A stretch of DNA of 59,082 nucleotides from Acidobacteriota bacterium (GTDB lineage: Bacteria; Acidobacteriota; Polarisedimenticolia; Polarisedimenticolales; DASRJG01): positions 1 to 59,082 of the forward strand of contig JBGQLU010000003.1 of assembly GCA_041500265.1 (NCBI GenBank). The letters run 5' to 3'. Positions 1 through 10,183 of the stretch are shown in pieces (the first letter of the stretch is position 1; every line of letters begins with the position of its first letter). The notes beneath the pieces were generated by a model that was not told the DNA's origin, made no database searches, and saw only the letters and a program-made list of their open reading frames with translations. The position numbers and the translations under genes were made by a program.

Positions 1-305
1 ACGTTGGTCCCGTCGATGAACGAGAGCACGCGATCGGGCCGCTCCTCGAGGATCGTCCGCCTGAGGCGGGGCACCCGCCGGAGGTTGTTCAGGATCGAAT
101 GGGCCACGGAGGTCGACCGGCGCTGGATCCCCAAGGCCTTGCGGCGCACGCGGGGGTCGATCGGGAAGAACGGCGGCTCCGAGCCGTCGTCGAACGTCGC
201 GAGGGTGACGTCCCAGCCCTGTTCCGCCCAGTGGTTGCACAGGGTCGCGCATACGCGCTCGGCGCCGCCGCACTGCAACGAAGCGATGAAGAAGAGCAGT
301 TTCAC
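1..305 (-). CDS. GT4 family glycosyltransferase, N-terminal part (runs off the window edge)
   Basis: Manual translation from GTG at 305: MKLLFFIASLQCGGAERVCATLCNHWAEQGWDVTLATFD...RPDRVLSF. GGAER and PDxV are typical GT4 N-domain motifs. Absent from the ORF track because it is truncated. Confidence 0.85.
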   Translation of the reverse strand, partial: MKLLFFIASLQCGGAERVCATLCNHWAEQGWDVTLATFDDGSEPPFFPIDPRVRRKALGIQRRSTSVAHSILNNLRRVPRLRRTILEERPDRVLSFIDGTN

Positions 306-345
306 ACGGGAGCGCGATCCTAACACGCTCTACAATCCCCCCTCC

Positions 346-1512
346 GTGAGCCACGCCGCCCCAACCACCCGAGCGCGCGCGCTCTGGTTCGTCACGACCG
401 GCCTCGAGGCGGGAGGTGCCGAGCGGTTTCTTTCGCTGCTCGCCCCCGCGCTCGCGGTTCGTGGATGGAAGCCGTCCGTGTGGAGCTTGGGCGGACTCGG
501 TCGTTTCGGCCCCGTGCTGCGGGCGGCGGGCCTGCAGGTCGGCGCCCTCCAGGTGCGTGAGCTCGGGACCGCCTCCTACGCGGCGCTCCGTCTGGCGGCC
601 GCCGCGCGGCGCGAGCGTCCTTCGCTCGTTCAAGGGTGGATGTATCACGGGAATCTCGCCGCCACCGTCGCGGCGTGGGCCTGTTCGGCCCCGCTCGTCT
701 GGGGGATCCGGCAGTCGCTCGCCGACTTCGCCGGCGCGCCGTGGAGCACCCGCGCGGTCATACGCGCCGGCGCGCGCCTTTCGCGGTTCCCCGAGGCGAT
801 TCTCTACAATTCGCCCGTGAGCCTCGAGCAGCACGCCGCCCTCGGCTACCACTCCCTGCACGCGGAGGTGCTCCCCAACGGTTTCGACGTCGCGGCGTTC
901 CATCCCGATCCCGCGGCCGGTGACCGCCTCCGCCGGATGATCGGTCTTCCGCCCACCGCCGCGCTCGTCGGGTGTATCGCTCGATTCCATCCGGTCAAAG
1001 GGCACGACGTCCTCTTCGAGGCCTTCCGGGCGGTGTCTGATTCCCTCCCCGGCTGCCACCTCGTTCTGGCAGGGGCCGGCACGGCCCCGGGCCAACGGGC
1101 TCTCCATGCGGCCATCGCCGAACGGGGTCTCACCGGGCGGGTCTCCGGGCTCGGGGAAATCGACGACGTCCCGCGGGTCGCCGCGGGTTTCGACGTCCTC
1201 GTGCAACCCTCGCGGGGCGAAGGGTTCCCCAACGCCGTCGGCGAGGCGATGGCGTGCGGGGTCCCGGTCGTGGCGACGCGCGTCGGAGAGACGGACGCGC
1301 TCGTCGGCGACACCGGCATCGTGGTTCCGGAAGGCGACGCGGCGGCTCTGGCGTCGGGATTGATCTCGATCCTCCACGCCCCGGTCGAGGAGCGCCGCGC
1401 CCGGGGCGCGGCCGCGCGCGCGCGGGTCGCCGCGCTCTATTCGATCGATCGGGCCGCCGACCGGTACGCGCAGCTGTACGCGCGGCTCGTCCCCGGCGGC
1501 GAGGCGCGCTGA
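346..1512 (+). CDS. GT4 family glycosyltransferase
   Basis: GGAER, QGWMYHGN, KGHDVL and EGFPNAVGEAMACG motifs. Start moved to GTG 346 because the ORF-track extension overlaps the divergent GT4. Confidence 0.92.
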   Translation: MSHAAPTTRARALWFVTTGLEAGGAERFLSLLAPALAVRGWKPSVWSLGGLGRFGPVLRAAGLQVGALQVRELGTASYAALRLAAAARRERPSLVQGWMYHGNLAATVAAWACSAPLVWGIRQSLADFAGAPWSTRAVIRAGARLSRFPEAILYNSPVSLEQHAALGYHSLHAEVLPNGFDVAAFHPDPAAGDRLRRMIGLPPTAALVGCIARFHPVKGHDVLFEAFRAVSDSLPGCHLVLAGAGTAPGQRALHAAIAERGLTGRVSGLGEIDDVPRVAAGFDVLVQPSRGEGFPNAVGEAMACGVPVVATRVGETDALVGDTGIVVPEGDAAALASGLISILHAPVEERRARGAAARARVAALYSIDRAADRYAQLYARLVPGGEAR

Positions 1513-3470
1513 TGTGCGGCCTCGCCGGCGCCTACCAGCCGGGAGTCCCGGAGAGCGACTGGCGCGCGAGGCTCGCCGCGATGGCGGACGCGATTCGCCA
1601 CCGTGGTCCCGACGACGAGGGTCTCTGGCTCGACCCCGCGGCCGGCGTGGGATTCGCCTTCCGGCGGCTGTCGATCGTCGATCTCTCCGTCGAAGGGCAT
1701 CAGCCGATGCTCTCGGCGAGCGGCCGGTTCGTCATCATCTTCAACGGCGAGGTCTACAACCACGCGGCGCTCAAAGCCGAGCTCGAGCCCCTTCGAATCC
1801 CCTGGCGCGGCCACTCGGACACCGAGGTCATGCTCGCCGCGATCGAGACCTGGGGGCTCTCCGCCGCGGTGCGGCGGTTCGTCGGGATGTTCGCGTTCGC
1901 CCTGTGGGATCGGGTCGATCGCCGGCTGCACCTGGTTCGGGACCGCCTCGGCATCAAGCCGCTGTACTGGGGGTGGTCGCGGGGCGCGCTGCTGTTCGGC
2001 TCCGAGTTGACCGCCCTCCGCCGCCATCCCGCGTTCGACGCCAAGCTCGACCGGAACGCCGTCGCGAGCTTCCTCCGATTCAACTACGTGCCCGCGCCGC
2101 GCTCCGCCTACGAGGGGTTCCGCAAGGCAGAGCCGGGCGGCATCCGGACCTTCGACCTCGCCGCCGCCGCCCCGGGGGACGAAGGACGCCTGGAGACTTA
2201 CTGGTCGCTCGCGGAGGTGGCCGCCGACGGGCTCCGGCATCCGTTCGTGGGAAACGATCGCGAGGCCGTCGATGCGCTCGAGGCCGCGCTGATGGACTCG
2301 GTCGGCCTGCGGATGGTCGCGGATGTCCCGCTCGGGGCTTTCCTGTCCGGCGGGATCGATTCCTCGCTCGTCGTCGCCCTCATGCAGGCCCAGAGCTCGC
2401 GACCGGTCCGCACGTTCACGATCGGGTTCGCCGAGCCCGAGTACGACGAGTCGGGGTGGGCGGCGAAGGTCGCCTCGCGGCTCCAAACCGAGCACACCGT
2501 GCAAATCGTCCGGGCGGAGGACGCGCTGGCCGCGGTCCCGCGGATCGCGGCGCTCTTCGACGAGCCGTTCGCCGACTCGTCTCAGGTGCCGACCCTCCTC
2601 GTGTCCGCCCTCGCGAGACGGCACGTGACCGTGGCCCTCTCCGGAGACGGCGGCGACGAATCGTTCGCAGGCTACAAGCGTTACGCGCTGTTCTCCGACC
2701 TGCGCCGGACGCTAGGCCGGCTCCCCGGGCCGGCTCGCCGGGCGGCTGCCGGCCTGCTCGGCGCCGTTCCCCCGGGGGCCGCCAATCGCCTGTTGCGCTT
2801 CACCGCGCCATGGCTCCGGCGTTACGGGAGCGGCGGCGGCGCCGGCGACAAGATCCGAAAGCTCGCGGAGCTACTGGCCGTGCCGGACGATCGGGCGATG
2901 TACGTCGACCTCCTTTCGCACTGGAAGCGTCCCGAGCTGCTGATCCCGGGGGCCCGCGAGGCTTCGCGGTGGGTGGACACGATCGCCCCGCGGGAAAAGT
3001 TCCGCGACGACATCCACCCCCTCATGTTCGACGACACGCTCGCCTACCTCCCCGACGACATCCTGGTGAAGGTCGATCGCACCAGCATGAGCGTCGGACT
3101 CGAGGCGCGGGTTCCGCTCCTCGATCACCGCGTCGTCGAGCTGGCGTGGCGGTTCCCTCTAGGATTGAAGCTCCGCGGGGGCGGCACGAAGTGGGCGCTG
3201 CGACAGGTGCTGTACCGCCATCTTCCGCCCGAGCTCGTCGACCGCCCGAAGATGGGATTCGGGCTCCCGATCGACGTCTGGCTGCGAGGACCGCTCCGCG
3301 ACTGGGCCGAAAACCTCCTCTCGGCCGACCGCTTGCGACGCGAAGGCCTCCTCGACCCGGCGCCGATCCGCGAGAAATGGCGGGAGCATCTCAGCGGGGA
3401 CCGCAACTGGCACTACTACCTCTGGGACGTGCTCGTCCTCCAGGCGTGGCGCGAGGCTCAGGGGGTCTGA
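1512..3470 (+). CDS. asnB: Asparagine synthase (glutamine-hydrolysing), polysaccharide-locus amidotransferase type
   Basis: N-terminal MCG (Ntn Cys), HRGPD, FNGEVYN, SDTEV, LSGGIDSS, SGDGGDE, KVDRTSM, EARVPLLD. ATG overlaps the upstream TGA. Confidence 0.95.
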   Translation: MCGLAGAYQPGVPESDWRARLAAMADAIRHRGPDDEGLWLDPAAGVGFAFRRLSIVDLSVEGHQPMLSASGRFVIIFNGEVYNHAALKAELEPLRIPWRGHSDTEVMLAAIETWGLSAAVRRFVGMFAFALWDRVDRRLHLVRDRLGIKPLYWGWSRGALLFGSELTALRRHPAFDAKLDRNAVASFLRFNYVPAPRSAYEGFRKAEPGGIRTFDLAAAAPGDEGRLETYWSLAEVAADGLRHPFVGNDREAVDALEAALMDSVGLRMVADVPLGAFLSGGIDSSLVVALMQAQSSRPVRTFTIGFAEPEYDESGWAAKVASRLQTEHTVQIVRAEDALAAVPRIAALFDEPFADSSQVPTLLVSALARRHVTVALSGDGGDESFAGYKRYALFSDLRRTLGRLPGPARRAAAGLLGAVPPGAANRLLRFTAPWLRRYGSGGGAGDKIRKLAELLAVPDDRAMYVDLLSHWKRPELLIPGAREASRWVDTIAPREKFRDDIHPLMFDDTLAYLPDDILVKVDRTSMSVGLEARVPLLDHRVVELAWRFPLGLKLRGGGTKWALRQVLYRHLPPELVDRPKMGFGLPIDVWLRGPLRDWAENLLSADRLRREGLLDPAPIREKWREHLSGDRNWHYYLWDVLVLQAWREAQGV

Positions 3471-5359
3471 GCCGGGCTGGCCGTCGAGTCGAGGCGTTGC
3501 TCGAGCGCTTCCGCCCGGCCGGCGGGCAGGCGCAGCAGCCCCGCGTGGTACGCGGAAACTCCGGCCTCGGGAGCACCGGCGGCCGCGAGAGCTCTCGCCG
3601 CGTCGAGCTCCTTCCGCGCGGCGGCGGCGTTGCCTTGGGCCGCGAGCGCTTCGGCACGGAGGAGACGCGGGGCCGCGGCGCGCGGCTCGATCGCCTCGGC
3701 GCGCGCGGCCGCGGCGGCGGCGCCACCGGGATCTCCGAGCTCGAGGATCGTCGTCGCCTCTTCCATCGTGGCGAACGCGTCGTGCGGGGCCAGCGCCTCG
3801 ACGAGCTCGAACCGCCGCGCGACCTGGCGGCGGAAGGCCACGACCGGGAAGAACGTCCGGCACGCGAGCGCGTCGATCCTGGCCGCCCCCTTCACGAGCG
3901 TCGCGTCGGCGGGGCTCAGGCGCATCGCCTGCTCGGCCGACTCGCGCGCGAAGGCGTAGCGCTCGATCGACCATGAATCGGGCGCCCCCGCGATCACCTC
4001 GGCGCGCCGCATCCAGAGCGAGGCGACGTACGGGTTCAGGCCGAGCGCCCGATCGACGATGGCCAGCCGCGCGCCGGCGGGTGCGCCGGGAAGATCCTGC
4101 TCGGCGCGCCACGCGAGCCAGGGCGAGACGTCCAAGACCAGGAACCCCAGAATCGCCGCAGCGCCGACGGCCACGCGCGCTCTCTTGCTCTCGAGGGGTG
4201 CGCTTCGCTCGCACCGAGCGGCGACGAGACTCCCGACGAGGGCCGCGGCGAGCAGGTAGAGAGCGGGCCGTCCGGTGAGGTCGTCCAGGGCGCCTTGGGT
4301 CAGAAGGCCCGCGAGTGCCGCCGCGGCGGCCGGGCTCGCGCCGCGGAGGAGCCCCTCCCGCCGTCTCCTGACGGTGCCCATCACGACGAGGCCGAGCGTG
4401 ACGGCGAGTGCTACGGCGGCCGGTATCCCGAACTCGCAGGCCGCCCGCAGGAGGTCGGAGTGAGGCGTGGGGAACGACCGCGCGTACCGGAGCGTCTGCC
4501 GCTCGAGCGGAAAGTTGAGGTGGCTCGCCGCGATGCGAAACTGCCCGGGACCGGTCCCGAAGAGCGGGTCTTCGGCGAGCGCCCCGGTCGACGCGCGCCA
4601 GATGTCGATGCGCTGAAACGCGAACGGATCCTGGGAGGTCGCGAACCGCCAGGCGGCGCCGACCGCCCCCGCCGTGACCGCCGCCGCCAGGACGACGATC
4701 GCGATGCGAAGCCGTCGCCGGTCGAGGGACGGCGAGGCGGCGAGCCACACGGCACCGGACGCCGCGACGGCCAGCACCGCACCGCGCGAGCCGGACGCCG
4801 CGAACGCCGCGACCCCGACGGCGATCGCGAGGATTCCGGCAGCGCGGGCGCGGGAGGTCCACTCGGGGAGCGTGCCGCCGACCACGAACGACGCCGCGAC
4901 GAGCCATGCCGCGAGGTGGTTCGTGTTGAAGAACGTCGTGGCGGGTCTGGTCTCCCCGAGGAGACGCTCCCCGAGGGCGGCCAGCCCGTGAGCGGCGATG
5001 CCGGCGGCGAGCCAGGGCGCCAGCGATTCGGGAAGCCGGTCCCCGCAACGAGCGGCCGCCCAGGCGATGGCGGTGAACGCGACGAGCTCCCAGCAGGTCA
5101 GGAACGCCGCGTATCCGTACGGGGCGATCGCGGCGGAGGCGCACGCCAAGGCGAGGAAGACCGCGAACGAGACGACGACGGAGCGCGCCGGGCGCCACCC
5201 CGACGGCGTCATCATCGACGAGATCGCGATCGCCGCGGCCAGCCCGTGCTCCGCGAGCTGGACGGTCGGCTGCGCCCCTCCCTCTCCCAACGTCGAAAGC
5301 AGGAGAAGCGCTCCGAGGCCCGACGCTTGAAACAAGGGGGCGCCTTCGGACCTTGTCAA
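3458..5359 (-). CDS. O-antigen ligase/Wzy_C-like membrane protein with C-terminal TPR-like region
   Basis: Many TM segments; FFNTNHLAAWL, SGSRGA, RIDIW...PLFGTGPGQF, PHSDLL; Ala-rich helical C-terminus. TTG start overlaps the upstream TGA. Confidence 0.85.
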   Translation of the reverse strand: MTRSEGAPLFQASGLGALLLLSTLGEGGAQPTVQLAEHGLAAAIAISSMMTPSGWRPARSVVVSFAVFLALACASAAIAPYGYAAFLTCWELVAFTAIAWAAARCGDRLPESLAPWLAAGIAAHGLAALGERLLGETRPATTFFNTNHLAAWLVAASFVVGGTLPEWTSRARAAGILAIAVGVAAFAASGSRGAVLAVAASGAVWLAASPSLDRRRLRIAIVVLAAAVTAGAVGAAWRFATSQDPFAFQRIDIWRASTGALAEDPLFGTGPGQFRIAASHLNFPLERQTLRYARSFPTPHSDLLRAACEFGIPAAVALAVTLGLVVMGTVRRRREGLLRGASPAAAAALAGLLTQGALDDLTGRPALYLLAAALVGSLVAARCERSAPLESKRARVAVGAAAILGFLVLDVSPWLAWRAEQDLPGAPAGARLAIVDRALGLNPYVASLWMRRAEVIAGAPDSWSIERYAFARESAEQAMRLSPADATLVKGAARIDALACRTFFPVVAFRRQVARRFELVEALAPHDAFATMEEATTILELGDPGGAAAAAARAEAIEPRAAAPRLLRAEALAAQGNAAAARKELDAARALAAAGAPEAGVSAYHAGLLRLPAGRAEALEQRLDSTASPAQTP

Positions 5360-7005
5360 GGCGTCCCCCGGCTCGCGGCCGCGGCGATCTCTCCCGCCAA
5401 GGCGTCGCGCCGCAGCGCATAGTCGGTGCGGAGCGGGTACAGCTTCGCGGCCGAGGCGAGATCGGCGTACGCGCCGGGGGCATCGCCGATTGCGAGGCGG
5501 ATGTCCGCGCGCGTGACGCGGGCGGACGCGCGGGCCGGGGCGAGCGCGACCGCCCGGTCGGCATCCGCCGCCGCCGCGAGTCCGGCGCCGGCGCCACCTG
5601 AGGCGATCCGCGCGCTCGCCGTAAATTGCGCGGCCTCGGGGCTCCAAGGCGCGAGCCTCTCCGCTCGCACCGCGGCGGCGAGGGCGGCGGGGTGGTCTTG
5701 GGCGACCGCGGCTTCACGCGCGGAGAAAAGCGCGTCCTTCGCGAGCCCAGAGGCGGCGCAGGCGAACGCCGCGACGGCGGCCAGGGCCGACCAGGCGACC
5801 CGGCGGGCGGGCCGCGCCGCGGCGGGGGCCTCGACCGGCCGCGGCGCCAGCCACCCCCGGAATATGGCGGCGGGCAGGATCAGCGAAGGCAGGAAGGCGG
5901 TGAAATCCGCGAGGTTGTGGGCCGCGAACGCCGTGAGTCCTATGGCGAGCCCCGCTTGGACGCCTAGGGTCGGGCCGCGGAAGAGCGGGGCCACGAACGT
6001 CAAGAAAAAGAGAGCCGACAGGGCGATGCCGCACGGGACCCCCCAATCCGCGATCAGCTCCGCCGGAAGATCGTGGGCGTGCCTCGATTCGTTGTCCCCC
6101 TCGCGGCGGTGCTGGGGAAAGGCCTCGGCGAAGCCGCCCGGCCCGAAGCCGCCCCACGGGTGCTCACGGCCGATCTCGAGGGCCACGCGGATGTTCCCCG
6201 CGCGGAGGCGCCACGGACTGTCCCCCCGGGTCGGGGCGAAGAGGGCGTCGGGGCGAGTAAGGCCCGCGGCGAGGATCGCCAGCGCAATCGCGGCGGACGC
6301 ACCGACGATCACGCGCCCGGGGACGCGGCGCCGCAACGCGGCGAGGCCGAGCCCCACCGCGAGCGCGCCCAATGCCGTGACCGAGCGCGTCGCGGCGAGC
6401 CCTGCGGCTCCCAGAGCGCCCGAGGCGAATCCGGCCCACCGGGTCCACCCACGACGCGCCGCCGCCCACAGCACGACGGCCGGTAGGGTCAGCGCGAAGA
6501 AGCCGCCGAGGGCCGCGGGGGTGACGAAGCCGGCGTAGGGCCGCCCCTGCTCCAGCCGGTTCACGACCGCCGCGGCATCCGGCAGCGCTCCCGCGGCGCG
6601 TGCCGATTCCGCCATCGCGGAAAGACCCCAGATCGCTTCGTAGAGCGCGCGGCAGGCGACGACGGCCGTGAGACCCGCGAGCACCGGTCCCAAGGCCCGC
6701 GGCGCCGAAGGGTTGGCCGTGGCCGCGATGCCAGCGACGGCCGCGAGCACGAGCAGCGCTGCCGGCTCGACCGCGGCACCGGGGGACAGGGCCCCGCGCA
6801 CCGCGATCGCAAGCACCGGCAAGGTGGCGACGGCCAGCATCGCCGGACGGGAGCGCGCCACGCGCGGCGAGGCCAGGATCGCCGAGAGCAGCGCCAGCGC
6901 CGCGACTCCCGCCTGAGCCGAGCCGTGGGCCTCGGGCGCGATCGTGAACGAAACGGCGACGAGGGCGAGCAGCGCCGCGGTGAGTCCATCCGGTCGGTCG
7001 GTCAC
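5356..7005 (-). CDS. O-antigen ligase/Wzy_C-like membrane protein with short TPR-like tail
   Basis: RPYAGF, TRSVTA, HPWGGFGPGGF, HAHDLPAE...DWG, HNLADF motifs. GTG at 7005 follows GGGAG. Confidence 0.82.
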   Translation of the reverse strand: MTDRPDGLTAALLALVAVSFTIAPEAHGSAQAGVAALALLSAILASPRVARSRPAMLAVATLPVLAIAVRGALSPGAAVEPAALLVLAAVAGIAATANPSAPRALGPVLAGLTAVVACRALYEAIWGLSAMAESARAAGALPDAAAVVNRLEQGRPYAGFVTPAALGGFFALTLPAVVLWAAARRGWTRWAGFASGALGAAGLAATRSVTALGALAVGLGLAALRRRVPGRVIVGASAAIALAILAAGLTRPDALFAPTRGDSPWRLRAGNIRVALEIGREHPWGGFGPGGFAEAFPQHRREGDNESRHAHDLPAELIADWGVPCGIALSALFFLTFVAPLFRGPTLGVQAGLAIGLTAFAAHNLADFTAFLPSLILPAAIFRGWLAPRPVEAPAAARPARRVAWSALAAVAAFACAASGLAKDALFSAREAAVAQDHPAALAAAVRAERLAPWSPEAAQFTASARIASGGAGAGLAAAADADRAVALAPARASARVTRADIRLAIGDAPGAYADLASAAKLYPLRTDYALRRDALAGEIAAAASRGTP

Positions 7006-7092
7006 GAAGCTCCCACCCACGCGCCGCGGCGCGCATCCGATCCGAAACGGGGCGAGTCTATACGGGGGGATCGGCGGATGGGAACCGGTGAC

Positions 7093-7119
7093 GCGGGGCC
7101 CGAAGAGCGCGGGCCCCGC
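7093..7119 (-). terminator. GC hairpin downstream of the 7132-8583 gene
   Basis: GCGGGGCCCG...CGGGCCCCGC inverted repeat just after the stop; no clear U tract. Confidence 0.4.
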
Positions 7120-7131
7120 ATCGGAGACGGC

Positions 7132-8583
7132 TTACTTGTGGGCGACGGTCGCGAACCAGAGACGTCCGTATCCGGGAAGCGCGTCGTCCCCTTCGACCCA
7201 CACGAGGCCGAACGAGCTGCCCGTGTTGGCGAGATCGGGATGGGACGAGGCGGTCCCGGGGAGGAGCGTCCGCACGTGCACTTCGGACCAGGGCCCCCAA
7301 GCATCGGCGAGATGGCTGTTGCCGCTCGCGTCGAGGCGCCGGAAGTGAACATCGAGCCCGCCGGGCGTCGTGCTCACCATGTTGTCGTTGGTGGCGACGA
7401 ATTCGCTTCCCGTCCAGGCGATTCGGCCGCTTCGGCCGGCGTCGGCGTCGGGAGGAAACTCCTGCACGGGGGTGAGCGTTTCCGCGCAGAAGAAGCGCGT
7501 GCACGACCGGTCCCCTTCGGTCTCGAGGACGTGCCACGACACGGCGAAGCCACAACTGTTACCCGCGATCGCCGGCATCGCGCCGAGCGGCGTGTACGAA
7601 TCGGCGTGCTCGTTCACCTTGACCGTCTCGGCAACGATGCCCCAGGGGTCGCGCGCCCGGGAGGTCAGAAGGACGTCTCCGGTCACCTTGAGACCGTAAT
7701 AGGCCTCGTAGACGATGCCGAACGTCCCCTCGTGAACGTCGATGACGCCGGGTGCCAGCCGGATGCCGGTTCCGCTGAAGGTGATCGAGGCGTTGCGTCC
7801 GCTGGTCGGGAGGATCTCCTCATCGGACAGGCTCAGCCCGTCGCGGTCGAATCGCTGGAACCTCAGGCAATCACCCGCGCAGAAGGGGGTCTTCCAGACG
7901 ATGCCGAAGCGATCCTGGCCCCAGGCGATCTTGGGCTCGCTCCCGCTCGAGGCGATGACGACGTCGCTCATCGCAAGGCCCGTGGGATCGAGGATCATGA
8001 GACGCACCGGAGTGACCTTCATCGACACGTCCTGATAGACGATCGCGAGACGGGTTCCGGTCCACGCGATATCCGGCGCCTTCGCATAGCCGCGCAGGCG
8101 GAGCGGACTCGCATCCATGAGAGTACCGTCGGGGGCGATCCGGGCGATCCGCAGGCTGCTGTTCAGATCGGCCCAGACGGCCAGGAAGTTCGATCCCGTC
8201 CACACGAGCCGCGGCTGCCCGTCGAGCGGGAGCATCTGCCCGGGGATGAGAGCGCCGGCGGCCGGCCACAGGGCATGGGGTTGCGTCAACTCCGGCCAGT
8301 CGGCCGAGGTGTCGAAGCCGTCGTCCACGACCCCGTTGCAATCGTCGTCGATACCATTCGCGAGCTCGACGGCGGAAGGGTTCACGGCCGAGTCGTCGTC
8401 GTTGCAGTCGAACACGCTGTCGTATCCGTCGCGGTCGGCGTCCCGCACGACGGGCGGAGAGATAGGCGGCTTGGCCAACCGCTGCTCGAGGGTGACCTGT
8501 GGGGCGATGTTCGGTTCCGTGGGGGCGGCGAGCGCCGCGACGCCGGCCGTCGCGACGAGCAAGGTGGCGAGCAAGATCCTCAT
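7132..8583 (-). CDS. Secreted protein with MopE-related putative metal-binding motif and repeated (I/L)xWxG beta-propeller-like repeats
   Basis: Signal peptide MRILLATLLVATAG; DCNDDDSAVNPSAVELANGIDDDCNGVVDDG; repeats LVWTG, IAWTG, IAWGQ, IAWTG. GGAGG RBS before ATG 8583. Confidence 0.8.
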   Translation of the reverse strand: MRILLATLLVATAGVAALAAPTEPNIAPQVTLEQRLAKPPISPPVVRDADRDGYDSVFDCNDDDSAVNPSAVELANGIDDDCNGVVDDGFDTSADWPELTQPHALWPAAGALIPGQMLPLDGQPRLVWTGSNFLAVWADLNSSLRIARIAPDGTLMDASPLRLRGYAKAPDIAWTGTRLAIVYQDVSMKVTPVRLMILDPTGLAMSDVVIASSGSEPKIAWGQDRFGIVWKTPFCAGDCLRFQRFDRDGLSLSDEEILPTSGRNASITFSGTGIRLAPGVIDVHEGTFGIVYEAYYGLKVTGDVLLTSRARDPWGIVAETVKVNEHADSYTPLGAMPAIAGNSCGFAVSWHVLETEGDRSCTRFFCAETLTPVQEFPPDADAGRSGRIAWTGSEFVATNDNMVSTTPGGLDVHFRRLDASGNSHLADAWGPWSEVHVRTLLPGTASSHPDLANTGSSFGLVWVEGDDALPGYGRLWFATVAHK

Positions 8584-8872
8584 GGCATCCTCCGCATCAC
8601 TCCGGTGTATGTCCCGATCCAAGGGCAGGTACTCGTCCCCGGGAGGAGTGGTGTCGAGGCCGGCGGGAACGAGCCCTGCTCCCTGGTGACTCGTCCGCCG
8701 TGGGGGGTCGGACGGAGGTCGCGCAGGAGCTTCTCTTAAGACCGGAAAAGGCCTAGAACGCGGAATCAACGCCCGAAAGCGGACTGGACCGGTCCGTTGC
8801 CATCGTTTCCAGCCGCCCGCGGCGATGCCATCAACGAGGGCGCCGGACCGTTCGGCGCGAAGGAGAATCCTC

Positions 8873-9130
8873 ATGGCACGGTGCGAGGTCTGCCGGAACG
8901 ACTATGACAAGGCGTTCGAAGTGCTGCTCAACGGACGCACGCACGTCTTCGACTGCTTCGAATGTGCGATTCATGCTTTGGCGCCGCTGTGCGGCCACTG
9001 CAAGGTCCGTGTGGTGGGGCACGGCGTCGAGGCGGAGGGGCATGTCTATTGCAGCGCCCACTGCGCGGGCCAGCACGGCGTCCACGGCTTGGTGGACCGG
9101 GCGTTCGAGGGGCTCGCCGGCGCACGATGA
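8873..9130 (+). CDS. Small Cys/His-rich protein (prokaryotic metallothionein-like)
   Basis: CEVC, FDCFECAIH, CGHC, YCSAHC in 85 aa; AGGAG RBS. Confidence 0.85.
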   Translation: MARCEVCRNDYDKAFEVLLNGRTHVFDCFECAIHALAPLCGHCKVRVVGHGVEAEGHVYCSAHCAGQHGVHGLVDRAFEGLAGAR

Positions 9131-9774
9131 TGATCGCCACGGGGTTCACGAATCGCACGGAGGGAGGCGTCCGCCTCGCCGAGAAGCTCGCCCGGTTCGC
9201 GAACCGGGACGACGTGATCGTGCTCGGGCTTCCCCGCGGCGGCGTGCCGGTCGCCGCCGAGGTCGCCGCGGCGCTCGGCGCGCCTCTCGACGTCTTCGTC
9301 GTCCGAAAGCTCGGCACCCCGGGGCACGCGGAGCTGGCCATGGGTGCGATCGCGAGCGGCGGCGTGCGAGTCTTGAATCGCGACGTCATCGACGCGGTGG
9401 GCGTCACCGACGTCGAGATCGATCTCGCGACGCGCCGTGAGGAGGCCGAGCTCCTCCGGCGCGAGCGCGCCTACCGGGGCGGCCGCCCCGCGTCCGACGT
9501 CCGCGAAAAGACGGTGATCGTCGTGGACGACGGGATCGCGACGGGATCGACGATGCTGGCGGCGGTCGAGGCTTTGAGGAAGCTCGGGGCCGGCCGCATC
9601 GTGGTCGCCACCCCGACCGCAGCCGGCTCGTCGCGGGCGCGCATCGCCCGGGAAGCGGACGAGGTCGCCTGCGTGCTCGTGCCGGAGGATTTCTCGTCGG
9701 TCGGCGAATGGTACGAAGACTTCCCTCAGACGACCGACGACGAGGTCACGGCGATCCTGTCGCGCGCCCCCTAG
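9127..9774 (+). CDS. Phosphoribosyltransferase family protein
   Basis: LGLPRGGVPVA, RKLGTPGH.ELAMGA, PRPP loop VIVVDDGIATGST. ATGA overlap with the upstream gene. Confidence 0.92.
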   Translation: MMIATGFTNRTEGGVRLAEKLARFANRDDVIVLGLPRGGVPVAAEVAAALGAPLDVFVVRKLGTPGHAELAMGAIASGGVRVLNRDVIDAVGVTDVEIDLATRREEAELLRRERAYRGGRPASDVREKTVIVVDDGIATGSTMLAAVEALRKLGAGRIVVATPTAAGSSRARIAREADEVACVLVPEDFSSVGEWYEDFPQTTDDEVTAILSRAP

Positions 9775-9783
9775 GGCGGAGGG

Positions 9784-10098
9784 CTACTTGCCCGCGAGAC
9801 GCTTTCCGAGCTTGATCGCCGCGTCGTACCCCTTCCTGGCCTTGAGCGCTTTGACCCGCGCCTTCTGCGCCGCCTTGAGCTGGCGCATGTACCCCATGTA
9901 GGCGCCCTGAAGCTTCAGCGTCGCCCGCCGCTTCGGCGTGAGGGTGAGCTTGCGCCCGCCGGCGGCGGGACGAAGCGCCCGCCGTTCCGCCTTGCGCGCC
10001 AGGACCGCGACGCGGGCCACCGAGCGCCGGATGTCGAGGATCGCCCTCTTGATGTTGCGGAGCTGTTTCCCTATCGGGTTCCGACGCTGTTTCGGCAC
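9784..10098 (-). CDS. Small very basic hypothetical protein
   Basis: 104 aa, K/R/A-rich, LKLQGAYMGYMRQL core. GTG after AGAGGGGG; extended -10 TGcTACGAT upstream. Confidence 0.75.
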   Translation of the reverse strand: MPKQRRNPIGKQLRNIKRAILDIRRSVARVAVLARKAERRALRPAAGGRKLTLTPKRRATLKLQGAYMGYMRQLKAAQKARVKALKARKGYDAAIKLGKRLAGK

Positions 10099-10183
10099 GG
10101 TGATTCCCCCTCTGGAAGTCGGGAATCGTAGCACTGAGAGCGATCATCGCGAAAAGTTTGCGCTTGTGACCATGGACGCCGTT

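Noticed and set aside
4-345. N-terminal extension of the 502-aa GT4 ORF
   Set aside because: It is antisense to the real GT4 at 1-305; GT4 homology starts after GTG 346.
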